Made by a program: the position numbers and the translations under genes. Source: an uncultured Nitrososphaeraceae archaeon (lineage in GTDB: Archaea > Thermoproteota > Nitrososphaeria > Nitrososphaerales > Nitrososphaeraceae). From it: 48,526 bases of DNA. Under the pieces are notes generated by a model. That model was not told the DNA's origin, did not search any database, and worked only from the letters and a program-made list of their open reading frames with translations. This document shows, one piece after another, positions 1 through 10,292 of this stretch (position 1 is the first letter of the stretch; every line of letters begins with the position of its first letter). The DNA lies in the NCBI GenBank assembly GCA_963729045.1, contig CAVSMN010000005.1, positions 1-48,526 of the forward strand, read 5' to 3'.

Positions 1-119
1 TGCTTAATATAATGAGTAAATTTTTTGCATTTTATGATAACTTGGGGACATTTAATTGTGTTCCTTTGACCCACTCTAAAGCGACTTAATTATGCTCCTA
101 CTTTAAGAATTCTATATAC

Positions 120-372
120 ATGATGCTCTTTAGTCTACTCCTACCTACGAAACAAACCATATTTGTGATAATGATAATAGCAACGATCGTAACAGCAGGT
201 CTCTTACCTTAGTCTAATTTCTGGTTCCCTGAACCAAGTGATGGCACAAGGACAAAATTCCACAGCAGGCAATTCCACAGCAGGTAATTTGACAGAAACA
301 GAAAGTTTACCTTCCGCAAATGAAACTGGAGTATGCCAACCTTGTTGTATTGGACCTCACCCCAGTTGCTAG
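120..372 (+). pseudogene. Small secreted Cys-rich peptide gene split by a frameshift near 205-212
   Basis: ATG at 120 gives a hydrophobic signal-like MMLFSLLLPTKQTIFVIMIIATIVTAGLLP*. The +1 frame continues LSLISGSLNQVMAQGQNSTAGNSTAGNLTETESLPSANETGVCQPCCIGPHPSC* (TAG 370-372). VMA|Q resembles a signal peptidase site. Not in the ORF track. Confidence 0.5.
256..284 (+). repeat. 14-bp tandem repeat AATTCCACAGCAGG x2 (encodes NSTAG twice)
   Basis: Exact copies at 256-269 and 271-284, period 15 nt, in frame. Confidence 0.9.
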
Positions 373-399
373 GGGAACATAAGGAATATCTTTAATTGC

Positions 400-582
400 T
401 TATTTTCAGATAGACCTGACAGAAAAGTAGGATCTGCTAACACAACCGGTTTTATCGGCAACTGGAGGTGGGGGCCAAACAACTTTGCCCTAGATCCACC
501 TAATGCCGTCCTGATTCTAGATGATGAGATAGAAGGAGAACAAAGACAAGATTATGCCATAACCAAAGTTACCAAATATTAG
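400..582 (+). pseudogene. Internal fragment of a Nitrososphaeraceae-type exported hypothetical protein (FSDRPxR family)
   Basis: Reads LFSDRPDRKVGSANTTGFIGNWRWGPNNFALDPPNAVLILDDEIEGEQRQD. The FSDRP-R...FIGNW...F..D.PNAVL pattern is recognised from memory. No start codon. Confidence 0.45.
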
Positions 583-946
583 TCATCAGATGTTCCTTTG
601 ACACGCGCTTTACCGCAAACGTAGTGAGAAGAAGATTAACTTTGGACAAATACATAAAATCGTTCAAAGTAGCCTTCATGTATGAAGGTAAAATATTAAT
701 ACTTGTTATCGTCCAATTCAATAGGTATGGTTTATCAAAATCCTTAAATTTGACAATACCTTCTAAAATAATAGAACCTCTTTTAGAGAACCGATGTCGG
801 TATTAATCCCCACCGCCACAGACCATAACATTATTACTGTTTTAAGATTTGGTTATGACATTTGAATCCAATTATGTAAATAAATTCTTGGCAGCATGTT
901 CAAATCCCTCATTAAAATATATAAATTGAATCCGCGATTATGTGGT

Positions 947-972
947 ATGGATTCGAATCCCACCGCACGCGC
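947..972 (+). other. tRNA 3'-end-like fragment (T-arm plus acceptor strand); possible att scar
   Basis: ATGGA-TTCGAAT-CCCAC-CGCACGC: canonical T-loop with a degenerate 5' stem. No D-arm or anticodon arm upstream. Confidence 0.5.
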
Positions 973-1682
973 TTATATTGGGGATTTATACAGCAATTTT
1001 AAAAGCAAGAAAAGAAAGTTTCTCTAAAACAAAGAATTTGAAATATCTTGGAAATAAATGAGTGTAACAATGTAGGGAGAATAAAGATATAATAAATAAT
1101 AAAATAATCTCGACAACAAAATCATAATCAAAACCATATTTAAAAAGTATTCTCTACAACCTTGCTACAGAAAATCGTACATGGAGTCAAGGTAAGAAAG
1201 AACTCTTTGTTCTTCCTAAAAATAATAGGCTGAGGAATAAGGAATAAAGGTTACAGTTAACAAAATGTTCATATATATGATTACCAATCGAGAGAACTTT
1301 TTAGATATGATTATGGTTCTTTATCAATAGTTATTAATAGTTTCCTCATTGTTTCTTGAGAAGGATCTTTACTATTGACTAATAGCAAAAGAGGATTACA
1401 TAACTATAGAGAAAAAGATGATGATTAGACTTTTTAAAGCAAGTTTCTGCAACCTTAGCGAAGGTCATAATGATTTTTGGACAAAATAAGATAGGAAGGT
1501 GTTACTACATATCTGTAGAAAATAATATTATTCAGATGCATGCAGCAAATGTATCCAATTTTATATCAGAATCAGATTATGGGATTCACACAAATCTAAA
1601 AAATCGGAAAATTCATTTTATGAATAAATCTAAAGGGGTAGGGGTTCAAAATACTAAAGGACGCAATAAAAACACTAGTAGA

Positions 1683-2045
1683 CTAATTTTGTATATTATC
1701 CAACATGTTGATAAATCTAATATGTTCACATTCATGTTCTGCATTGCGTGTATCATGAAAAGAACAATATAGAGTTTGTTTACCTGTCATAACTTCAACA
1801 TTAAGCTTTAACTTATTATCACCAATTACAAAAACATGATCATAATGGTATTTGAGATAATAATAATCCATAATCTTCTGCTGAGTAATGAATTCTAGTT
1901 CCTTTTTCTCCTGCTTCAAATTGGCTTTTACCTGATTATCAACACTCTCCTTCTTACTAATGGCACTGGTATGTTCTACAATTTCAGAGAGGACTCCAAA
2001 GTCTCCCATGGTTCCTAATACCCCTGTTTTTGTTTGAATTTGCAT
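1683..2045 (-). CDS. Hypothetical protein with C-terminal SWIM-like Zn-binding motif
   Basis: 120-aa ORF ending LYCSFHD...ECEHIRF (CxxH...CxH). TATA-like ATTATATA about 26-33 nt upstream of the ATG. Confidence 0.65.
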   Translation of the reverse strand: MQIQTKTGVLGTMGDFGVLSEIVEHTSAISKKESVDNQVKANLKQEKKELEFITQQKIMDYYYLKYHYDHVFVIGDNKLKLNVEVMTGKQTLYCSFHDTRNAEHECEHIRFINMLDNIQN

Positions 2046-2094
2046 TCAATTGAAAATAGAGAAGTCTTACTATATAATCTTATTGAACATTCTA

Positions 2095-2770
2095 CTATTC
2101 GAAGAAAAAACAATTATTTCTGAAATTCTTAAACATGAATTTAAATAGATTTGTTTCGTCACTACATAGTAGACATGTACTTTTGTGTTTTCTTATTGGT
2201 GTCTCCGCCCCTGTATTTTTGAGCATATTTCTAGCATCTTTTTCTCCCTTGGTGATTAAATGTCCTATTGTAGCAGGTGAAAGACCAAATGCTCTGTTTG
2301 AAATCCCGTTGATGTCTTATCTCATCTCGATTCGCACAACCTCCCCCTCGATCTCTAAACCTTCCATTTAAAAGTGATGCAAATGTTCGTTGGTTTCCAT
2401 CTCGAGTTTTGCTCTGAGCCTTCTCCTTCTTCAAAAGGGCTTTTAGATCCTTTGTAAATGCATCTTTCTTTTCTATATTCATATAATTAGCGGCAAAATC
2501 GCTTATCTTTTCTACTATCTTAACATAATCTGATACCATGATAGACACTTTCTCATCATAGGCTGTCTTATCTGAAAGGCCTATGTCATAGAGTTTAGCC
2601 TTTAATCCGTCAAAATCATCTGGAACATGCTCAACATTTTTGACATCGCCGTTATCTTCATCATTATTGTTTTTAGAAGGCCATACACTAATGATGTAAA
2701 CTTCCAAATTTGGAACTTTGTTCTTAGGTTTTCCCCCTTCATCATTATTGAGCCCTCTCACGGGTTTCAA
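2095..2770 (-). pseudogene. C-terminal remnant of a patatin-like phospholipase (DUF3734-type tail)
   Basis: VPNLEVYIISVWP...DKTAYDEKVSIMVSDY...RTFASLLNGRF, then a frameshift at ~2357 into EIEGEVVRIEMR*DINGISNRAFGLSPATIGHLITKGEKDA with an internal stop. The catalytic N-terminus (GxSxG, DGG) is absent. Confidence 0.7.
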
Positions 2771-2907
2771 AGAAAATTTATAATGAAGCGATATTTGGTA
2801 AAAATTACAATGAAATTTAAGATGCTTTGTTGTTGAGTATTTGTGATATTTATTAAATAATAATAACAATAATAAAAAATAATAATCATCACACATTCAT
2901 TTACGTA

Positions 2908-3399
2908 TTGTATAAAGATTTTGGGAAACCATGTCCTTGGTGTATGTCTTGGGTTAATAGTGAGATGAAAATAGAAGTATCACAAGTAAATTGGAATAAT
3001 CGAAATGGACTATTTACGGTGTATGGCAGGGCCACATGCCGCTATTGTCAAAAAACAATGAATGGGAAGAATAGATTCAACAAATTCAGTCCGGATAATA
3101 ATCCATCGAATTGGTGGACGGAATGGAAAATAATTCCTTTGGCTCTCATGGAGCATGCTGAATGCCCCAAATGTGGTTCGAAAAATATTACCACAGAAAA
3201 TATTGAGAATATTAATACGAATGAGGGTATAGACATTTTAGTCTCCTTTAGATGTAAAAATTGCAATAATACCAAATCTCAAATTATTAGAGAATTTCAA
3301 AGTTTATGGAATAAAATTGAATCAATCAAAATAAGTCCAGACAATATAGAAATTGTTAAGGATCATTCAGACGAAATAAATCAATCTTTTATTGATTAA
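2908..3399 (+). CDS. Hypothetical double zinc-ribbon protein
   Basis: Four CxxC motifs: CPWC, CRYC, CPKC, CKNC. 163-aa open frame. Confidence 0.7.
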   Translation: MYKDFGKPCPWCMSWVNSEMKIEVSQVNWNNRNGLFTVYGRATCRYCQKTMNGKNRFNKFSPDNNPSNWWTEWKIIPLALMEHAECPKCGSKNITTENIENINTNEGIDILVSFRCKNCNNTKSQIIREFQSLWNKIESIKISPDNIEIVKDHSDEINQSFID

Positions 3400-3636
3400 A
3401 TATCTTAGCATGAAATCAAACATATAAGGTATGATAATTTCATATTAGAATATCTTTCATTCAAACTCATTAATATTATCCGTCCTTTCTTACTTGATAT
3501 TTCGGATTTAGACCTCTTAGTCGACTACCTAAACATCTTAATACACTTTAATTAGATTAAAAGATCCTTAGTTGGACTAATCATATCTACAGGAACTGAC
3601 TCAAGATATAGATTATGGTATACCTACTTGGTAAAA

Positions 3637-4476
3637 TCAGACATAATTAGATTGATGTCGGCCATTGGATTGAGTAGAATTGTTTTCATAACGCTCCAAT
3701 TCACTCTTCCAGTCTATCTCGGACATATTCATCAAGTTTAAGAAATCATTCACTGATTGAGGACCAAATCCCGCAAAATGATTGTTAAATGCAATTAATA
3801 CATCCTGGATCCTTGAATTCTCATCTTGCGTTTCTCTAACCTTTTTAACATATTCAAGCATATCTTTTCTTCTGTCCTTTACTATCTTTCCAAAGTCTTT
3901 TTCTGAGATGCTTCTGTCGCCTATGAACCTGATATAGACCTTATCAGAAGTTACTATTGAAGGAGATTGCAATTTATCCCTTACACTCCAAACCAATGAA
4001 ATGTCGTTCTCTTTTAATAAATCATACAAATTATCATTAAACCATGATGAATGTCGCACCTCTAAAGAATATCTAAATCTTTTGTCTAGATGACGAAACA
4101 TACTTTGCAAGGGATTAAAGCCTTTTTTCTCTGAAAGAAAAGGTGGAAGTTGTATTAACAATGTTAGTGTTTTTTCAATCAAAGGCTCTAATGAGTAAAA
4201 TAATATTGAAAGAGGTTTAACAACATCTTCTAATTTCTTTTCATGGGTTATTACTTTGGGAAATTTCAATGAAAATTTGAAATCTTCAGGAGTTTTGTCC
4301 TTCCAACCTCTAACTGAAGATCTGGAAGGAATGCGATAATATGTAGAATCGACCTCGACAAATCTAAAAAATTTCGAGTAATAAGACAAATAGTCTTTAT
4401 TTTCCATATCCTTTGGATAAAAATTGCCTTTCCAACCTTCATAACTCCAGCCAGAGCAGCCTATATTCAAAGTCAA
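3637..4476 (-). CDS. DUF72 (YecE-like) TIM-barrel protein
   Basis: IGCSGWSY..W.G.FYP, VEVDSTYYRIP, F.FSLKFPK.ITH, LIQLPP, LEVRH.SW, YIRFIG, AFNNHFAG motifs. The true C-terminus probably runs to 3624 via a 1-nt shift. Confidence 0.92.
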   Translation of the reverse strand: MTLNIGCSGWSYEGWKGNFYPKDMENKDYLSYYSKFFRFVEVDSTYYRIPSRSSVRGWKDKTPEDFKFSLKFPKVITHEKKLEDVVKPLSILFYSLEPLIEKTLTLLIQLPPFLSEKKGFNPLQSMFRHLDKRFRYSLEVRHSSWFNDNLYDLLKENDISLVWSVRDKLQSPSIVTSDKVYIRFIGDRSISEKDFGKIVKDRRKDMLEYVKKVRETQDENSRIQDVLIAFNNHFAGFGPQSVNDFLNLMNMSEIDWKSELERYENNSTQSNGRHQSNYV

Positions 4477-5193
4477 GTTTTGTTAGTAAATAGATCAAGA
4501 AAGTAGAAAAACTTTCAATGTGGTAAAAAAATAGTGTCAACTATATATCAGATGAATATTATAAGTGAAGTCTCACCTATCTATCCGGTATATTTTTAAT
4601 ATGTTTCCTAATTCTTGTCCATATTAGGACTCTACATGTCTAATTTGATAATACATACAATCCCTTTAAAAACCGCTATGGATATAGCATAATTTACTAT
4701 ATTGTAGCTTGGCACCAAAATACTCTTTTTTACTCTAGAGATTCTTAAAAAGAGGTAGTTATCAGACTCGTTGATGGTTTAACAACAATTTTACAAACTA
4801 ATCTATTTCATCTTTTCCATTAATTCCAACGTCTTTAGCCATTTTATTATCCACGGGATAGCACTTTTAGTAGCCCTGTCGTGAGGGTAGACCATTCTGG
4901 CAATTTGATGAATTTTTTGAAAATTAATTCTATCTTTTTGTATTAAACTTATCTTTTTTCTTCCATTTTCATGTATTTTTTTATTATTTTCTTGTTTTAA
5001 TGGTACAATATCATAACTAAAGCATCATTCCTTATAAATTAAACAAAATAAGAGTATGAACCAGACCTGGGATAGTATGATTTTGACCGACATTTTATTT
5101 TTAATTTGACTATATTCAGGAATGGTTTTTCCCCATGTATTTTCTCGACCTCGGGTAGACAAATTTAAATATTTTAAAAAAAAGCAATAACTA

Positions 5194-5574
5194 TTGTCAT
5201 CGCTATCCACTCATTCGATCATTGTAGTAGATGACGAACTGGAACTTGCAACTCTTTTCAAAACATTTTTAAAAAATCAAGGATATAATGTGGTCTCTTT
5301 TACCGACCCGGTATTGGCTCTCGAATATTTTAAAGAAACTGCGGAAAAACATTCATTGATAATAACAGACCTTAGAATGTCAGCTATATGTGGAATAGAT
5401 CTAGCAAAGAGTATAAGAGAAATTAATAGTAAAATAAAAATTTTCTTGATGACTGCTTTTGATACAACGGATTTTAAAGATAACGAGAATTTTCAAAAGG
5501 CAAAAATCGATAGAATATTGCAAAAACACATCCATTTCGCTGATTTAAGACAAATGATCAATGAATCATTATAG
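5194..5574 (+). CDS. Stand-alone response regulator receiver (REC) protein
   Basis: IIVVDDE, LIITDLRM (phospho-Asp), GIDLAK, FLMTAF and the conserved Lys (KHI in place of the usual KP). Confidence 0.92.
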   Translation: MSSLSTHSIIVVDDELELATLFKTFLKNQGYNVVSFTDPVLALEYFKETAEKHSLIITDLRMSAICGIDLAKSIREINSKIKIFLMTAFDTTDFKDNENFQKAKIDRILQKHIHFADLRQMINESL

Positions 5575-5626
5575 TTACTCAATACAGAATAATAAAGATA
5601 AAAGCCATAGTATAGGTTAACTATGT

Positions 5627-6177
5627 TTAGATCGTTATAGTCATTGCATGACTATCTACTATTTTTTGTTGAAGGTCTTTGGATATTTTATTAAAGTCCT
5701 TTTGATGATACATGCAAATGCCCTTAAGATTATTCTCAAATTTTAAGGGTAGATAGGATTCATAATCCAAAAGACTTTGTATTTTATGCTTAAAGAGAAA
5801 TGACCAGCATCGCCTAATATGGAAACTCCCTTTTTACCTAATTCTTTAGAATAGTTGACCCTTTCTTCCATATTTTTCCAAATGGATTCGACATTATCAT
5901 GATCAAGATATCCTCTTAAAGAATCAACAATGATCAATGATTTCTCTTCCGTTTTGACCAGATCGAGGTCAGCGGTCCAATTCCTAGACAGTATTTCTCT
6001 AACAGAGTTCTCTGTTTCATAGAATGGCATGATTTGAATCATTTCATTGTCATTGATTTGTTTTTGAACATAATTAGAATAAAATTCTCTTAGGGTAGTA
6101 AGATCACGATAAATAAGTAAACAATGCAGTCCATATTCACTTTGTGAAATTGTCTCTGCTGCTTCTCTCGCATTCAT
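5627..6177 (-). pseudogene. MEDS sensory domain protein with one frameshift at ~5803
   Basis: HCLLIY...REFY...GVSILGDAG, then the shifted frame FLFKHKIQSLLDYESYLPLKFENNLKGICMYHQKDF...SHAMTITI* completes a typical MEDS domain with no internal stops. Confidence 0.8.
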
Positions 6178-6636
6178 TAATTGACCATAATCAATAGGTG
6201 AAATTAGATTTCCTCACCATTGAGTTAATTGTTTATGATTGTTTATTAATAGTATGTATATATTCAATTAATAATAAAAATATGATATATTTCATTACGA
6301 TTTGGAATTAATGTATATATCAGAATTACATTCTATATTATCACATTACCCCTGGCTTTATATCATACGTCCAAATTTAAAATCTGAAAAAATTACTTTA
6401 TTTGTTTACAAAAGAATTGCCTGATGTAAAAAACCGTTACAATTATTTCATCAGTGAATAAGATTTAAAATCAATTTCATTATTTATTGAAAAATAGAAG
6501 CCTAATTATCCTATCGTCAATTATTACTATTTAGAGGATCACAACTATCTTAAATTGATCAAAATATTCAATATTTAAAAGGGGCGATCCTATTATCTGT
6601 TCAAATCAGATTATCTAATGGCCGAAGTAAATAATA

Positions 6637-6643
6637 TTTAAAT
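6637..6643 (+). promoter_or_regulatory. Archaeal TATA box of a probably leaderless gene
   Basis: TTTAAAT starts 28 nt upstream of the ATG at 6665. Confidence 0.5.
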
Positions 6644-6664
6644 CAAGAAAAACAATAAGACAGC

Positions 6665-7072
6665 ATGTCTCTTTCTGAATCATTTGCAAAAAAACATGTG
6701 AAAAAATGGATTGATGGCTGGAATAACCATGATATAAAAACCGTGTTGTCTATGTATTCGGAAAATATTGAATTCTCTAGCCCTAAAATCAAAATAGTAT
6801 TTCCAGATCGTAACGTATCAAAAATAAATAATAAAAAAGACTTGGAAGATTATTGGTCAAAAGCGTTAAAAAATAACTTCCCCAGTCTAAAGTTTACGGA
6901 TAAGGAAGTATTAGTGCATAATAATAAAATTATCTTAGAATACTACGCTACCTTGGATTGCAAGCATAAAACTTCTGTTATTGAGAAGTTTGAACGTGAT
7001 AGAGGAATGATAACGAAATCTGACGTGTTTTATAGTGCGGAAGAAAAGATGAAAAGGGCATTACCTACTTAG
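6665..7072 (+). CDS. SnoaL-like / NTF2-family protein
   Basis: WIDGWNNHDI..VLSMYSENIEFSSP...K..LEDYWSKAL...P.LKF pattern. Confidence 0.88.
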   Translation: MSLSESFAKKHVKKWIDGWNNHDIKTVLSMYSENIEFSSPKIKIVFPDRNVSKINNKKDLEDYWSKALKNNFPSLKFTDKEVLVHNNKIILEYYATLDCKHKTSVIEKFERDRGMITKSDVFYSAEEKMKRALPT

Positions 7073-7263
7073 TTTTATTTCCCCTCCCCCCAATGCATAA
7101 TTTATTTGATTTTTGTACAATTCATCCATTCTCAATCTCGTTTCAATATTTTTTGCAAACCCAATACTTCAGAAAGTCATATAGAATTCCTTAAATGAGA
7201 ACTACAAATATTCAGAAAATTCTAAATATTCTACATAAATTCTTTTTTTATGACAATTCTTAT

Positions 7264-7693
7264 ATGAACGATTACGTTAGAGAACTTGATAAATCAAAGA
7301 TCATTCAAACTAACAAAGAATTAGTTAAACAATTCTATGATTCATTCGAAAATAAAAACCAAGACTTTCGCAACTTTTGTAAAAACATGGTCGAATGGAT
7401 TACATCGGAGGGTTTGCCTAGCGGAGATAGATACTTAGGACTAGAATCAGTTTTTGGAGAACATTTTCCCAGAAATCCTATCAAACTTTGACGAATTCCA
7501 TGCTCATCCAACTGAGTTTCTAGAAATTGATGACGATAGGGTCATTATTTTTGGTGCCTATCATAGTAAGTCAAAACTAAACAAATACTTTACTGCACCC
7601 TTCTGTCATGTGTATAAAATCCAAGACAACAAAATCTTGCAATTCAGGTAATTTACAGATAATGAAAAAATTCAAGAACTTCTTAAATTTTGA
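7264..7693 (+). pseudogene. Second SnoaL/NTF2-family (ketosteroid isomerase-like) gene, disrupted
   Basis: NKELVKQFYDSF...VEWITSEGLP.G.RY.G...V, frameshift in the CCC run at ~7469, then DEFHAHPTEF...VIIFGAY...FCHVYKIQDNKILQFR*FTD (CAA>TAA). Ends at TGA 7691-7693. Confidence 0.85.
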
Positions 7694-7699
7694 TAAACT

Positions 7700-8150
7700 C
7701 TAATGTTTATTGTTCTCTAAGAAAACCTGACCATATATTGTTCTGATATGTTCGATTCAGTTTTATAGGATAATACAGCTTTAGTGAGCAATTCACCTAC
7801 TTTGAAAAAATACATCTCAAGATCTGGAGGACTAATAACTACTGCCTGCCCACCTTAGTCTCCAACAGTGATTCTATGAGTAATTCCTTTTGGAACAAAA
7901 ATCACGTCTCTAGACTTACCTGTTATCACTTTTTCATCTAAGAGGAATTCATAATCGCCTTCAATTATATAAAAGGCCTCTGAACCTTTAGGGTGGAAAT
8001 GGGATGCGGGATCTACATTAGGCGGGTGGATCACATCCAAAATAGTCTATTGACCGTTTGTCTCAGAAGTAATAACTTTAACAGTAAAAGTCGCACCGTG
8101 AAAATCAAAGTTTTATCCTTCAAAATGGAAATTTCCTAGTATAAGGATTC
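7700..8150 (-). pseudogene. Cupin-domain (quercetin-dioxygenase-like) pseudogene
   Basis: FTVKVITSETNGQ*TILDVIHPP...HFHPKGSEAFYIIEG...VIFVPKGITHRI...*GGQAVVISPPDLEMYF: cupin motifs with at least three in-frame stops. Confidence 0.8.
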
Positions 8151-8239
8151 ATGTTATTCAACCCATATTATTGAAAATAACTATTATTGATAGCAAATAT
8201 TTAATTGTGTTTATAATCTTTAGATCACAAATCGCGTAG

Positions 8240-8755
8240 TCAAGGCTCGTCAAATTGAACCCTGGCACCATAATTTTTTTCCAGTAACTGAATCAAAATA
8301 GGATCCTCAATCCCATCGTTAGTAAAATCATCAATATTTGACGATGTTATATCTTTGAAAAAGTTTTCGAATCCTGCTGGAATATAAATTACCAATAACT
8401 TTCCATTTAGATTTCCCTTTTTTTGGAACGACCTAGAGATATCTTTTTCTAGTTTTAATACTGTTCCTTCGGAACCTACAATGTCTTGTTGACCATATCT
8501 AATTTTGAAGTTACCCTTAATCACATAAACAATTACAATTTCCTTGCTCTGAATATGTAAAGGAATTTCATTCTCTACTTCGCCTTCTGGGAATAGTATT
8601 TCTAACATCGAATATTCACCTCTTGTTTTTTCTCCAGAGATTATCGTCTTGAATATAATTCCATTTAGGTCACATTTTGGAAACGCGTTTTCATTATTTA
8701 TATTAAAAGTATTGTTTTTGGATGGTTTATTGGAATTATTTGCAACCAATATCAT
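8240..8755 (-). CDS. Cupin-domain protein with degenerate metal ligands
   Basis: IISGEKTRGEYSMLE...IPLHIQSKE.VYVIKG...LLVIYIPAGFENFF...LEKNYG. HxH has become HxQ and the second-motif His is absent. Start placed at ATG 8755. Confidence 0.82.
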   Translation of the reverse strand: MILVANNSNKPSKNNTFNINNENAFPKCDLNGIIFKTIISGEKTRGEYSMLEILFPEGEVENEIPLHIQSKEIVIVYVIKGNFKIRYGQQDIVGSEGTVLKLEKDISRSFQKKGNLNGKLLVIYIPAGFENFFKDITSSNIDDFTNDGIEDPILIQLLEKNYGARVQFDEP

Positions 8756-9772
8756 TATCTTGCAATCATAGAATTTATTCTTTTGGGTAGACATTGACAA
8801 TTTTAACACCAACCCCTTAATTTACCAATTTCAGAACTAAAATTAGGCAGAACCATGGTCTCCATTGCTAAAAGTGGGAGTATTAATTAGAATGGATGGA
8901 GTATCCATATCCAATATTACATCAAGTTATGCTTTACTATTTTGAATGATAGTATTATTTTTTTAGCAATATTATCTATGCCCATATAAGACCTCTATCT
9001 TGTTGCTGTTAGAAATATTATCGGTTATGGGCAATAGTTATTATTTTTAGATATGCTATTTAAGCCTCCTCACAGTAAACCCATTTAGAAAAATTTTATG
9101 TTAATTGTTAATGGATTTATTTTTTAAAAAAAACAAATGCTTTAGAATGAAGCAAAAAACAGGTTTAGATTTTCTCACGTTCGTTTGGAACCTTGATAAG
9201 GCATTGTAATCGTAAAGGTGGAACTTTTAGTATAGTCGCCTACCATGTAAAAGACATACTGAATAGAAAGATAAGTTCTAACACCAGGTTCATGGTATAC
9301 CTGTATTAAAAATAAATTAATTTAATTTTATTTTCTATAAACAACATTTTGACTCGATGGACTCATCTATAGCCCAAAGGTTTAAATCACTAAATTCGTT
9401 TCTTATCGGTGTTATCAAGATTTACTGATGTAAAAACATTTAAAGCAATGTGGATGATCATTTACTAATTTATTAGTGTTGTATATTAAATTATCATTAA
9501 CACGTATGACTATTTTGATAGAGAACAAAAGGGTTCACAAAGATAAAAGATTCTTAGTATACAGAGCGAATCGAGACAATTGCAAAGGTAAGTTTTTTCT
9601 CGTCACTAACATGAAGGTCTGAATCGATTTATATACGACCAGTCGAATGACCATTTTATTTTGAACCATCCACTGATCCAGTCATAATGATTTGTCGCAC
9701 GAAGACATGATTCGATAAAGAACAAAGGGATCAATAATTAATGATATTATGATCCTGATCTTGGTTTACTGC

Positions 9773-10075
9773 CTAGTCAAATGCGATGTCAAACCCTACT
9801 GAATTGTTTTCAGCAAATTGTAATGGATCATCACCATTATTCCATAACACGATTCCATTCACATTACTAATCATTTTAGAATCACCTGTTTCTATATCTA
9901 GCCCTTCTTGGGTTCCCGAAACAGTTGTTTCATAAAGTGAATTCTCTGAATTAGAATCATCATTATCTATAGGTTCTAGTTTAACCTCTATTGCGTCAGA
10001 TACACCTTCCTCAAAGTTTGTTGCTACTAGTTAGAGATCATCATCACTTAATCAAAACGGATGAGACTACCTCAA
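9773..10075 (-). pseudogene. C-terminal remnant of an acidic exported hypothetical protein
   Basis: ~85-codon open frame LVATNFEEGVSDAIEVKLEP...SLYETTVSG...NVNGIVLWNNGDDPLQFAENNSVGFDIAFD*, preceded by a stop. Resembles a Nitrososphaeraceae family recalled from memory. Confidence 0.45.
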
Positions 10076-10292
10076 CCAAGGAGTTAAAATCAAAGAAAAA
10101 TAATATTTAAATAAAATTAAAAGAACATTATGTAATTCTAATATACTTTCGATCCCTTGTATACTTATTAGGCATTTGTATGTCTCATTACTCATGACTA
10201 ATCCTAATTTTCAAGAATGTTTTTTAGACTCGATGAAATTAAGCAGGAAGAAAAAAGGATCTTTGCAATAAGAATTGTAGGGGAGAGAATAG

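Noticed and set aside
370..400. Read-through of TAG 370-372 fusing the Cys peptide to the in-frame FSDRP fragment
   Set aside because: Same frame has a one-in-three chance, the linker looks non-coding, and no recoding machinery is expected in this lineage.
624..806. 60-aa ORF
   Set aside because: GTG start, no motif, lies in decayed sequence. Not supportable as a gene.
947..972. Full tRNA gene
   Set aside because: Only the T-arm and 3' acceptor strand are present. No D-arm, anticodon arm or matching 5' strand nearby.
1470..1772. 100-aa plus-strand ORF
   Set aside because: Overlaps the 3' end of the better-supported 1683-2045 gene and has no recognisable motif.
2771..2896. N-terminal 42 aa of the 2231-2896 ORF
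   Set aside because: Low-complexity AT-rich read-through (LLLLLL from TTA/TTG repeats), not part of the patatin remnant.
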